Shown: positions 1 through 8,348 of the stretch, one piece after another | Numbering within the stretch: the stretch's first letter is position 1 | How the letters are laid out: every line of letters begins with the position of its first letter | IMG/VR virus record: IMGVR_UViG_3300048838_000628 | Span: 1 to 64,000 of that record | DNA length: 64,000 nucleotides | Source of the DNA: a virus | Reading direction: 5' to 3' (one strand) | Made by a program: the position numbers and the translations under genes | The notes under the pieces: generated by a model | Told to the model about the DNA's origin: nothing | What the model saw: only the letters and a program-made list of their open reading frames with translations | The model's database searches: none

Positions 1-1
1 T

Positions 2-451
2 TCTAACAATCCAGAACTGAAACTTGATGATCTAGTATTTGATATAACGCCCTACCCTATTCGCAATAAGCCTAAACGTGGATTTTGGACTTCAGATGAT
101 AGTTGGAGAGAATGGTGCGAAGGTGAAGATTTTCGTGTTAGTCGTTTACAGCATGTTTATCAAGTAGAAGCAAAGCCGCAAAAAATTCTCACAATTCCGA
201 AGGATATAAAGATAAAGGATATTGAATGGTTTTTAGAGCCTTTTGAGTTTCCTGAAAAGGGATTGATGCTTTTTTATTCACTGCACTATTTTTCAATTAA
301 TTTTGAGGCTTTAGCTGCTGCCGGTTATAGCGCACTAACAGTACCAGACGTTCGCTTTAATGATGAAGACGTGTATGATTTATTCTATGGTTGGGATGTT
401 CCTAGCACAGTATTTTTCGATAAAACATTTACTTTGGAGAAGATACAATGA
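2..451 (+). CDS. Conserved phage hypothetical protein, 5'-truncated by the window
   Basis: The frame of ORF 263..451 stays open back to position 2 (SNNPELK...NKPKRGFWTSDDSWREWCEGEDF...LFYGWDVPSTVF). Confidence 0.7.
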   Translation, partial: SNNPELKLDDLVFDITPYPIRNKPKRGFWTSDDSWREWCEGEDFRVSRLQHVYQVEAKPQKILTIPKDIKIKDIEWFLEPFEFPEKGLMLFYSLHYFSINFEALAAAGYSALTVPDVRFNDEDVYDLFYGWDVPSTVFFDKTFTLEKIQ

Positions 452-759
452 ACCTGATTGCAACAACTATTTTTAGTTTTGTTATTGGTCTTTTTATTAA
501 TGACACCGGTTGGATTGATGGGATTCATAAATATGTTTTTACTTTGCTTATAGCTATTGCTTTATTTCTTTTGATTATATATAAGAAACTTAATAAAGAT
601 GATAAACAAAAAGCATCATTATTTTCAACTTTTGCCGTTGTAAGTTATTACGGTTATGCTTTTAACAATTCTTCACTTGGTTGGCAAGTAGCCTTTCTTA
701 TTATTATTGGGATTAATATTCTTCTAGGCTGGAGGCAAATGAGCGATGACGCAAATTAA
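448..759 (+). CDS. Small multi-pass membrane protein
   Basis: About 4 hydrophobic segments; RBS GGAG; ATGA overlap with the upstream gene. Confidence 0.7.
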   Translation: MNLIATTIFSFVIGLFINDTGWIDGIHKYVFTLLIAIALFLLIIYKKLNKDDKQKASLFSTFAVVSYYGYAFNNSSLGWQVAFLIIIGINILLGWRQMSDDAN

Positions 760-1102
760 CGATAACGTATTTATTATTTATGTGCTGTCTTTTATTTTAC
801 TTATTGTTTTGGACGTATATTTTATATATAGGTTTTTTAAGAACCGTAACGTTATCACCAAGCTTAAACTTTATAACGTTGTTTGTGAAAACGACACTGA
901 TGAATTTGAAGATTATTATATTCTAGCCAAGAGTGAAGAAGAAGTTCTAGTTGATTTTATTACTGAACTGGATTTCTTTAAGCGCAACCTAGCGAATGAC
1001 GGTTATATTGATTATGCTTATGGATATACTGCTGTCATATCGTCTACAAATACTCATAGTGATGCAATTACGATTGTTGAATTAGATATGGCGGTGCTAT
1101 GA
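746..1102 (+). CDS. Hypothetical protein with N-terminal TM helix
   Basis: Hydrophobic N-terminus, acidic remainder; coupled overlaps. Confidence 0.65.
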   Translation: MTQINDNVFIIYVLSFILLIVLDVYFIYRFFKNRNVITKLKLYNVVCENDTDEFEDYYILAKSEEEVLVDFITELDFFKRNLANDGYIDYAYGYTAVISSTNTHSDAITIVELDMAVL

Positions 1103-1476
1103 ACACTACAATACGAAACCTAAATGAAAATACGCATCTTCTTTCTGTGGATTATCGAGATTTTTGGAAAAGTTATTTGAAAGAAAACGGTTATAAATAT
1201 GTATTGTGGATTAACTTTGACGCTTTTGAAGAATATACTGACGAAGTAGGCCACAGATATAAAGTAAACAAAAACCTAATTGATCTCAAAGAAAAGCTCG
1301 GCCTTGAAGTTACAGAGGACGAATTTTATCGTAATCTGTTTCATGATAATACACTGTTTTTTGTTTACGATACGCTAGAGGCTCTTTGGGAAGCGTTTAG
1401 AAAAGTCGATGATGAATTTGATTTTTATTACGTAATGATGATAAGAGAAGGCGAAATCGTCAATGAAAACACATAG
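1099..1476 (+). CDS. Hypothetical protein
   Basis: ATGA overlap; RBS GGCGGTG. Confidence 0.65.
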   Translation: MNTTIRNLNENTHLLSVDYRDFWKSYLKENGYKYVLWINFDAFEEYTDEVGHRYKVNKNLIDLKEKLGLEVTEDEFYRNLFHDNTLFFVYDTLEALWEAFRKVDDEFDFYYVMMIREGEIVNENT

Positions 1477-1774
1477 CCCAAATGACGTATATGGAGAAGG
1501 TTACGCTGTTATGTCAGAAAGCCATAACGAAAATTCTGTTCAGATTTATAACAGCGTTTATCGTATTTATAAAACTCTGTTTTGGTTTGGTGTAATTAAT
1601 TTGGCGTTACATTTATCAGGTCTTTTGCTTAGCTTTTCCGCCAGCCGTCTTGTTGTATTTATTCTCTTGTTTTGTATTGTTGCTCTGCATTATATTGCCG
1701 GTAATGCACTTTTAGAAAACATCGCTCTTCGATATTACATATTCAGAAAACTGGAGACAAATTATGTTGACTAG
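1463..1774 (+). CDS. Hypothetical membrane protein (2 TM)
   Basis: Two hydrophobic segments; the real start may be the second Met. Confidence 0.6.
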   Translation: MKTHSPNDVYGEGYAVMSESHNENSVQIYNSVYRIYKTLFWFGVINLALHLSGLLLSFSASRLVVFILLFCIVALHYIAGNALLENIALRYYIFRKLETNYVD

Positions 1775-2120
1775 TTATGAATTTTTCAAGGCCCTTTCTG
1801 CACTAACTACTGATGAAGAAATTCTTGCTTTCGTAAAAAAGAATAAAGAAGTTCGTGATTTTTATACAGGCGATAAAACTTCTGATACTGAATATCTTGT
1901 TCTGACTTTTGATCTTACTTACACTGACGAAGAAGATATACAAGAAGTTGTTGATAAATATTTTGAGGATGGTTATACCCTGACAGAAGAAGAACTGAAC
2001 AAGGTTTGCAGAGAAGCATCTAGTATCATGACCGATAATACAGAGAACCTGCCTCCTACTATTGATTTTTTTGAATTCGCACTTGAAGAAATGTTTAAAG
2101 ATCATCCTAAGAGAAAATAA
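1764..2120 (+). CDS. Acidic hypothetical protein
   Basis: RBS GGAG; overlaps its neighbours. Confidence 0.65.
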   Translation: MLTSYEFFKALSALTTDEEILAFVKKNKEVRDFYTGDKTSDTEYLVLTFDLTYTDEEDIQEVVDKYFEDGYTLTEEELNKVCREASSIMTDNTENLPPTIDFFEFALEEMFKDHPKRK

Positions 2121-2266
2121 TGTTGACACTAATTGTCGTAATCGCTTTCTTTGTTCTTGTTGTTCGTGGCCTGTTAATTTATATTGACAACAATAGTCTT
2201 GACTACGATCCCGAAGATAATTTAACTGTTCGTGATCTAAATGCTGGTTTGCGTAATGACAATTAA
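2120..2266 (+). CDS. 48-aa single-TM protein (not in ORF track)
   Basis: TAATG coupling; MLTLIVVIAFFVLVVRGLLIYIDNNSLDYDPEDNLTVRDLNAGLRNDN. Confidence 0.6.
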   Translation: MLTLIVVIAFFVLVVRGLLIYIDNNSLDYDPEDNLTVRDLNAGLRNDN

Positions 2267-2426
2267 ACGCTTGTCGTCTATAGGTTTGTCTATCTTGTTT
2301 ATTAAATTTTGGCTCACAAGTCTAGCTTTTGCTGTTTATCAACATCTTGAAGCGCCATTGTATATCTTGACGCCGCTTTGCTTTCTAGGTGTAATTCTTT
2401 CTTTAGCATATGGAGTAAAGAAATGA
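2256..2426 (+). CDS. Small membrane protein (2 TM)
   Basis: Track ORF 2241..2426; start at MTIKR preferred. Confidence 0.55.
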   Translation: MTIKRLSSIGLSILFIKFWLTSLAFAVYQHLEAPLYILTPLCFLGVILSLAYGVKK

Positions 2427-2653
2427 TTGACAATCCTTTTATAACTATAGGGCTGATTGCAGCTCCATTTATTGTTGGTTTTTTTATCTACATCACAAGA
2501 GATTATTATAAAAATTCAAAGGCTTGGAAAGAATATGAAAATGCGGTTTATGCTCAAATTTTTGAAGTTGATAAAGAGAAAGAGCGTATTGACAAAGCAA
2601 ACAGAATGTGGGATAATATTTATATAGCACATTTGGAGGACGATAATGGATAA
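2423..2653 (+). CDS. Small single-TM protein
   Basis: Track ORF 2378..2653; ATGA-coupled start MIDNPF with RBS GGAG. Confidence 0.6.
   Translation: MIDNPFITIGLIAAPFIVGFFIYITRDYYKNSKAWKEYENAVYAQIFEVDKEKERIDKANRMWDNIYIAHLEDDNG
2589..2617 (+). promoter_or_regulatory. Sigma70-type promoter (intragenic)
   Basis: TTGACA-17-GATAAT with a TGn extension. Confidence 0.7.
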
Positions 2654-2774
2654 CTTATTTGGTTGCTTGCTGTCTGTGATTAACTTTGTGTTTAAGTTTA
2701 TCGTTCAATTTGTTGGTGCGCTAATTCTTCTGTATATTATCATCTTTCTAGCAAATCTTTTTGGAGGGCATTAA
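2646..2774 (+). CDS. 42-aa hydrophobic peptide (not in ORF track)
   Basis: RBS GGAGG; MDNLFGCLLSVINFVFKFIVQFVGALILLYIIIFLANLFGGH. Confidence 0.65.
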   Translation: MDNLFGCLLSVINFVFKFIVQFVGALILLYIIIFLANLFGGH

Positions 2775-2932
2775 TGGACGAAGTAACTGGTTTGTTGGGC
2801 TGTATTGTTGTGTTCTTGTTTGTACTATTTCGTGTTGCTTTTACGTTTGCTATGTTTCTTTTGTTTCTATGGTTCGTAGTAAACGTTTTTAATGGCAACA
2901 TTTTCAATGTCTTGAACGGACTATTGACATGA
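2774..2932 (+). CDS. 52-aa hydrophobic peptide (not in ORF track)
   Basis: RBS GGAGGG and TAATG coupling; MDEVTGLLGCIVVFLFVLFRVAFTFAMFLLFLWFVV... Confidence 0.65.
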   Translation: MDEVTGLLGCIVVFLFVLFRVAFTFAMFLLFLWFVVNVFNGNIFNVLNGLLT

Positions 2933-3261
2933 GAGATGTTCCAGAAGAAGAACGCCCTTTACGTCTTAAGATATTAAAGCACTTTCGTAGTCTTGGATTT
3001 AAGCTAAACAATAGCTTTCTTGAATCAGATTGCTATTGGAGTGGCTACGATTTTGTGTATTTTGTTAAACCTGTTAACGAAAAGTTTCACGAAGGCATCT
3101 TATATCGTATTCACGTTGTATTTGGTTATGGCCCAAATAAACCACGAATTGTTGGTAAAATTTATTTTGAACGGAACAATAACTTATATGAAATTAGTCG
3201 AGTTGTCCCGCTAGAAGATTATCAAAACATTGTCGCCTATCTTGATGGAGCGAGCGAATGA
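2929..3261 (+). CDS. Hypothetical protein, paralog trio member 1
   Basis: RLKILKHFRSLGFK motif shared with the next gene. Confidence 0.7.
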   Translation: MRDVPEEERPLRLKILKHFRSLGFKLNNSFLESDCYWSGYDFVYFVKPVNEKFHEGILYRIHVVFGYGPNKPRIVGKIYFERNNNLYEISRVVPLEDYQNIVAYLDGASE

Positions 3262-3635
3262 ACAATAAAAAATTATATCGGCCTGAACTTCATTACGAAA
3301 TTGCTGACCGCAAAAAGCGTGCAAAAATTTTATTGTTTTTTCGTTCCAAGGGTTTTAAATTCCCTATTGACAGAAATCTTTGGCGCGATTCGTATAGTGA
3401 TACGGTCTTTCTATTTAAAGAAATTACAGGTGTCAGCTATATTAGTATTAGACTATTTTACTGGAGCGATGGCAATAGTTTCATAAGGTGTGTTGTTGAA
3501 AAAGAAGAACTGTCATTTTCAAGAGATTATAAACTATTACCTTTCGATAACTATGAGGCGATTTACGAACAAATCGAAACTATTCTTTATTTAATGGGCG
3601 AATTCCAAAATCAAATTGATGACGCTTGTTATTAA
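3258..3635 (+). CDS. Hypothetical protein, paralog trio member 2
   Basis: RAKILLFFRSKGFK motif. Confidence 0.7.
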   Translation: MNNKKLYRPELHYEIADRKKRAKILLFFRSKGFKFPIDRNLWRDSYSDTVFLFKEITGVSYISIRLFYWSDGNSFIRCVVEKEELSFSRDYKLLPFDNYEAIYEQIETILYLMGEFQNQIDDACY

Positions 3636-3648
3636 AAAGGAATATATA

Positions 3649-3987
3649 ATGATTGATAATAAAATTCTCACATACTTCAAAGCAGATGACTATTTTGAAC
3701 TTTGGAATAACGGGAAGCGTGTTTGTTTTGAAAAATTTACGCACGATGATTATATCATAGTTAATGTTCACTATTTTGCGGAACGAGAAATGTTTAATGT
3801 CAATATTCGCAAAATAACAAATAATGTGGACGGAACACGCTCATTGATGTATAGTGACGAATCTAATTTCGAGATCAATAAGACTTTTGCTTTGAAAGAT
3901 ATTGAGAAGATCGAAGAATATGTAGGTACAATTTCCAATATGATTATGGAATTGCAGAAATGGTCAATGGAGTATAACAATGCCTAG
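3649..3987 (+). CDS. Hypothetical protein, probable paralog trio member 3
   Basis: Start MIDNKILTYFK after RBS AAGGA. Confidence 0.65.
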   Translation: MIDNKILTYFKADDYFELWNNGKRVCFEKFTHDDYIIVNVHYFAEREMFNVNIRKITNNVDGTRSLMYSDESNFEINKTFALKDIEKIEEYVGTISNMIMELQKWSMEYNNA

Positions 3988-4243
3988 AGCCTATTTTTAT
4001 CTAGCGAACGTCGGTAAGTATCATCTGTATGTTTGCGGTGCGTTAGTTGGCGGTTATACAGAAGCAGATAGGAAGTTTCTTGAATTTCACTTAGACACAG
4101 TAAACGGCAAATATCCAATTCGCGAATTTGCAAATAAGAAAGAGTTCTATGATTATGTTCTAGAAGATATGGGTTTTCTATGTGTATCGCCCAATATTAA
4201 ACAAGTCAAAGAGTTCCTTCGTATAACAGAGGACAGGTTATAA
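3980..4243 (+). CDS. Hypothetical protein
   Basis: RBS GGAG; coupled overlaps. Confidence 0.6.
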   Translation: MPRAYFYLANVGKYHLYVCGALVGGYTEADRKFLEFHLDTVNGKYPIREFANKKEFYDYVLEDMGFLCVSPNIKQVKEFLRITEDRL

Positions 4244-4506
4244 TGTTCGCAAATTTAGCAAGGATTCAAGAGATGCAGCGCGAAAGTATTCGTGCATTAG
4301 AAGATGATGAGTTTCTTAAAAATAAAGAGCTTTATACCGACACACCTATTGACAGAGTATGGTATGATAGATTTATACTATTCAAACACACATACGCGGA
4401 ATACTTTGCAAGCGTAGGATTAAAGTTTATTGTTTGGGAACATAACGGCCAGTGTTATATAAAGTTTGTGAGGAAAGAAAATGCACCTAACAGTACAAAC
4501 ACTTAA
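4243..4506 (+). CDS. Hypothetical protein
   Basis: TAATG coupling. Confidence 0.6.
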   Translation: MFANLARIQEMQRESIRALEDDEFLKNKELYTDTPIDRVWYDRFILFKHTYAEYFASVGLKFIVWEHNGQCYIKFVRKENAPNSTNT

Positions 4507-4711
4507 ATCTTCCGGAACTGATGCTGAATTTGAATCTATTAAGCCAACATCTGATTATATGGATGTATGGGACGCCTTCGAAGCTCTCAAAAAGAAATAT
4601 GCTGAAGAAGGTTACGAAAAGCAGTTGGAAATTGATGACTTAGATGTGAAACTTTACTATGCAATTGAACTAGCGACAAATAAAAAGATCATTATTAGTT
4701 TAATCATGTGA
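4481..4711 (+). CDS. Hypothetical protein
   Basis: RBS GAGGA. Confidence 0.6.
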   Translation: MHLTVQTLKSSGTDAEFESIKPTSDYMDVWDAFEALKKKYAEEGYEKQLEIDDLDVKLYYAIELATNKKIIISLIM

Positions 4712-4718
4712 GGCCGTC

Positions 4719-4892
4719 ATGGAAGAAATCTTTTATGTAGAGCGTTGGGGCAATAACATTTATATCATGAAAAATCATCATACTGGCAAATATAATGAAT
4801 ATGATTATTATAAGATCGACGGTAAAAATTATCGTGTCGAAAAGTGCATTACTTACAAAGAATTAAAAAATGCCATCTCACAAAATAGTTAG
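4719..4892 (+). CDS. 57-aa hypothetical protein (not in ORF track)
   Basis: RBS GAGG; MEEIFYVERWGNNIYIMKNHHTGKY... Confidence 0.55.
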   Translation: MEEIFYVERWGNNIYIMKNHHTGKYNEYDYYKIDGKNYRVEKCITYKELKNAISQNS

Positions 4893-5208
4893 TACGGCTA
4901 GTTTTGTACTTTGCGACAATATTGTACAAAAAGATGAATTAGACATAGACCAAATGTTCTGTGGTTTTAATTTTCACTATAACAAATATGGCTATGTGTC
5001 TCGCCAATATGCGCTTACTTTCTTTTTGTCTGGCGATAAACTATCAGATATAACTAAGCAGCAAAAACAAATTGTAGATATTATCAATAGCCAAAACAGA
5101 TTGAGGTACATCTTGGAGTTCGATCTTGTTAATAAACTAACCTTCTCTACTTATGATGCGAGTGAGAGAAAATATACTTATGAACTTTATGAGGTCAACT
5201 CAACTTAG
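4870..5208 (+). CDS. Hypothetical protein
   Basis: ORF track; fits the gene packing. Confidence 0.55.
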   Translation: MPSHKIVSTASFVLCDNIVQKDELDIDQMFCGFNFHYNKYGYVSRQYALTFFLSGDKLSDITKQQKQIVDIINSQNRLRYILEFDLVNKLTFSTYDASERKYTYELYEVNST

Positions 5209-5428
5209 AAATAGGTTTGAAGTTGTTTATTATATTGCCGACAATTTTTATGTGCCTTGTGAAAATTATGATGGCGGCGATGTTTATACAAATCAATTTC
5301 TGCATGTTCAGTTTTATAAAGATGAACTAATTTTCTTTAAGATTGATTTGTTAGAAGGTTCTCAAAAACTTATCCGCTATGTCAACAAACAAATTAAGGA
5401 CATCACAAATGCCGACTTACAACCTTGA
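5180..5428 (+). CDS. Hypothetical protein
   Basis: Track ORF 5153..5428; start uncertain. Confidence 0.5.
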   Translation: MNFMRSTQLRNRFEVVYYIADNFYVPCENYDGGDVYTNQFLHVQFYKDELIFFKIDLLEGSQKLIRYVNKQIKDITNADLQP

Positions 5429-5957
5429 TTTTCTTAATGCATTCCAAGGAGCAATAGAGTTATTCAAAGTTGATTTTATTGATTATCTTGACCGTCTTGA
5501 TTTAGAGAGCTATGGCGGTGTTTATGGCGAAGGCAGTTTTATGTTTACAAATAAAGCAATAACTCTTATGAACTTCCTTCTTGCCAATAAAGAACGCAAT
5601 GAAATTATGGACAGATATTTACGCATTGACGATGTGCCAAAGAATATTAGTCCTACTGAAGCTTTTTGTTCAGCTTGGTTTATGGTAGAATGTTTGCACC
5701 CTTTGCTTGCAGTTGAGTTTCATAAAGACAAAGAGTATCGTTATCTTAGCAGCTTATTTACTGCTTTGTTAGAGCTGTGCATGTATCTATATAATATCTC
5801 TGATGATTATAGCCGTATGTATAACACAGAGTTTGCTTATTATGAAAAATCTTTTGACGGTATAGTTAGAACCCTAGGAGAAGCAACTATAGAATGGGGA
5901 AATAAAGATTTTGTAGTCCGCGATTACACGATTGGGGGGATTGGTGAGTTGAATTGA
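5409..5957 (+). CDS. Hypothetical protein
   Basis: Start MPTYN after RBS AAGGA (track start 5379). Confidence 0.65.
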   Translation: MPTYNLDFLNAFQGAIELFKVDFIDYLDRLDLESYGGVYGEGSFMFTNKAITLMNFLLANKERNEIMDRYLRIDDVPKNISPTEAFCSAWFMVECLHPLLAVEFHKDKEYRYLSSLFTALLELCMYLYNISDDYSRMYNTEFAYYEKSFDGIVRTLGEATIEWGNKDFVVRDYTIGGIGELN

Positions 5958-6907
5958 GCAATACCGGATATGTTTGCAACACAAAATACATAGTCGATGA
6001 TGATTTCGATTATGATAATAACAAAGATATAATACAGATAGACGCTACTGGTGTAACTATTACTTATCACAAAGATAAAGACCAATATTTTGCTAGATTC
6101 TTTAAAAAGCATTTATCTGTTTATAGTTGTTATCTCGATGTTATCCCCAGAAGCATTGTTTCCAAGATGCACACTTTACGTCGCGTTAGAATGTTTTGCC
6201 AAGAAATGAGAAAAGCGTTTGAATACGGCGATAAAGAAACAATAGCAAAAATTGCTACATTGGCTTTAACATCAAACAAAACTAAAAAACTGTTTATCAT
6301 TAAAACCGCCAAATTCACGGAGCTATCTTATGGACTTCGTTATTTTCCAGATGACGATTTGACTTATAACCACACGATAAGAAATTTTATTAAAGAGATA
6401 AAGAAACACAATATACACAAGAAATATCATACAGAGTTTATTTTTAGTAAAAACAAACCAAATCATATTAGATACATATATAAAATATACTTCTCTAAAC
6501 AACTCTCTGTTAAAATTATCTTTAATATTTCTATGAATGTTACGGTATCATATAAAGACGTAGAAGAAAATCGTGTTATGGTAAGATTTGGCGTTAGAGG
6601 TTTTGAAATAGCCGGTAGCTTTAAACATCTTTATACGGATAATCTGCCAAAACAAAAAGAGATATTTGATATTATCTTGGGTCTTATAGATAAGCTAGAA
6701 GCGCCAGACAACGGACGCATTAAAGAATATATAGCCAAGTATCCAAATTTATCAGATAAATTAAAAAGAAATATTTTAGTGCTTGACAACAGCAACACTC
6801 TGTTGTACAATGCTAGTCGGTGGTTCGAGCTGACAAAAACAAAGACAGCAAATACAAAAGAAGATCACAAATTTTACATGGGTTTATTAGATTTATTATT
6901 GGCCTAG
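5954..6907 (+). CDS. Basic hypothetical protein (317 aa)
   Basis: Long ORF with TTG start; no recognised motif. Confidence 0.65.
   Translation: MSNTGYVCNTKYIVDDDFDYDNNKDIIQIDATGVTITYHKDKDQYFARFFKKHLSVYSCYLDVIPRSIVSKMHTLRRVRMFCQEMRKAFEYGDKETIAKIATLALTSNKTKKLFIIKTAKFTELSYGLRYFPDDDLTYNHTIRNFIKEIKKHNIHKKYHTEFIFSKNKPNHIRYIYKIYFSKQLSVKIIFNISMNVTVSYKDVEENRVMVRFGVRGFEIAGSFKHLYTDNLPKQKEIFDIILGLIDKLEAPDNGRIKEYIAKYPNLSDKLKRNILVLDNSNTLLYNASRWFELTKTKTANTKEDHKFYMGLLDLLLA
6783..6811 (+). promoter_or_regulatory. Sigma70-type promoter (intragenic)
   Basis: TTGACA-17-TACAAT. Confidence 0.75.
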
Positions 6908-6912
6908 CCATT

Positions 6913-7044
6913 CAGTTTACCGGTTAATCTGATTCGGCGTATGCCAAGACACGAGGTGAGTTATAGCGGTTTAATTGACCGTGCAGTATAGCTAAAGGAC
7001 TTGAACTCTGATTAAGCTAACTGTAATAACAACTTCAAAACCGG
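6913..7044 (+). ncRNA. Candidate structured RNA or 5' leader
   Basis: Longest non-coding gap in the arm, with nested complementary segments; no family recognised. Confidence 0.3.
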
Positions 7045-7074
7045 AAATTATTATTTAGTATTAGAAAATTAAAA

Positions 7075-7947
7075 ATGATAAAACGATCAAGAACTGAAGC
7101 TGGTTTAGTTGCTCTGATTAAAGAAAATTTAGAATATGTAGAGGAGTCGAATAGAAAAGGCAGACTCTACGCTGGCGATAATGTGTGTCATCGTATGAAC
7201 GCTATTCTTTCACAGAACAAATCGACAGTGAAGATAGAATCTACGATGATACCTTACACCGAAGTTGGTATTGCTATGGAAAAGCTTATTATTCGTGCTT
7301 TAAATAAAGGTGGTGTATTTGTTGCCAATGATGTGCGAATACCAGAACTTGAAGGTATACCTATGGGCGGTAAAATTGACGCTATTATTTGGTGGCGTGA
7401 TCGTCCTGTTATTGTAGAAGTAAAAACTGCCAGTAACACGATTGTCAAAGAGAAACATCGTATTCAAGCCATGACTTATTCTATGTTTACCGGTCTTGAT
7501 TACATCATTCTTTATATCAATCGCAGTATTGGCAAGCCTAATTTTGGTAAGCTAACTTTAGATACAGAAGCACATTATTTTGCTTACAGCGAAGATGAAA
7601 GTCTAGAGTTATTTAAAAATGTCTGTAAAGCCGCTTATTCAAGCACTACTGGCCTATTGGATAATACAGACATACCATATAATAAAACAGCGTGTAAGAG
7701 CTTCTACTGCCCTTTTATTGGGTACTGTCATGAAGGAAAGAAACTGGCCGATTTTAAATCAATGCCGAAATCAGAATATAAGAAATACAATGCTTTTATA
7801 GAAGAAAAAACACAGTGGTTTATAGATAACAAGTTGGCTATCTATACCGCCTTCTGTGAAAACTTGAACGCCAAAAAGATTGCGAATAAAAAGAACCGCA
7901 AGACAGTGTTAGAGTATTATGAAAAAGTTTTTGGCGTCAGTACTTAA
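7075..7947 (+). CDS. Cas4-like / PD-(D/E)xK exonuclease
   Basis: GKIDAI...VEVKT...HRIQAMTY motifs; N-terminal Cys (NVCHR) plus C-terminal CxxxxCPFxxxC putative Fe-S ligands. Confidence 0.8.
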   Translation: MIKRSRTEAGLVALIKENLEYVEESNRKGRLYAGDNVCHRMNAILSQNKSTVKIESTMIPYTEVGIAMEKLIIRALNKGGVFVANDVRIPELEGIPMGGKIDAIIWWRDRPVIVEVKTASNTIVKEKHRIQAMTYSMFTGLDYIILYINRSIGKPNFGKLTLDTEAHYFAYSEDESLELFKNVCKAAYSSTTGLLDNTDIPYNKTACKSFYCPFIGYCHEGKKLADFKSMPKSEYKKYNAFIEEKTQWFIDNKLAIYTAFCENLNAKKIANKKNRKTVLEYYEKVFGVST

Positions 7948-8248
7948 ATTTATTTTCTTTTTATTCGGTTATCGTATTGAAAAATTTAGGTGGTGTTATG
8001 TATATTTGATACGAGAAGATAAAACAGGCCGACCGCTTTATGTTGGTAAAACCTGTAGATGCGTTGATAAAAGATTTAAAGAACATATATCAGAACGCTA
8101 TAGTAACCAAAAAGTATATAACGCATCTAAAAGAACTAAGTTGGAAGTTATTATACTTAAAAGAACAACAGAGGAGAAAGTATACGACGAAGAACAAAAA
8201 TATATTAAACTATATAAGCAGAAGTTCCGTATGTACAATAAGACATAA
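7919..8248 (+). CDS. Small GIY-YIG nuclease
   Basis: YVYLI...LYVGKT...KRFKEH...E...YN. Confidence 0.8.
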   Translation: MKKFLASVLKFIFFLFGYRIEKFRWCYVYLIREDKTGRPLYVGKTCRCVDKRFKEHISERYSNQKVYNASKRTKLEVIILKRTTEEKVYDEEQKYIKLYKQKFRMYNKT

Positions 8249-8259
8249 AGATTTTGCAC

Positions 8260-8288
8260 TTGACAGCTCGTTCGGGTTGTGCTACAAT
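8260..8288 (+). promoter_or_regulatory. Sigma70-type promoter of the AAA/VWA/SSB unit
   Basis: TTGACA-17-TACAAT with TGn; intergenic. Confidence 0.8.
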
Positions 8289-8348
8289 GACGTTTGTCGT
8301 TCGGTTCCACCACTTCTATCTACTATATCAATAAAGGAAAAATAAGAA

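Noticed and set aside
6848-6907. tmRNA-like tag reading (ANTKEDHKFYMGLLDLLLA*) downstream of a promoter
   Set aside because: No tRNA-like acceptor stem, T-arm or CCA end, and the resume-codon context does not fit. It is simply the end of the 5954 ORF.
7075-7947. CRISPR-Cas locus implied by the Cas4-like gene
   Set aside because: No repeat-spacer array or other cas genes seen in the window.
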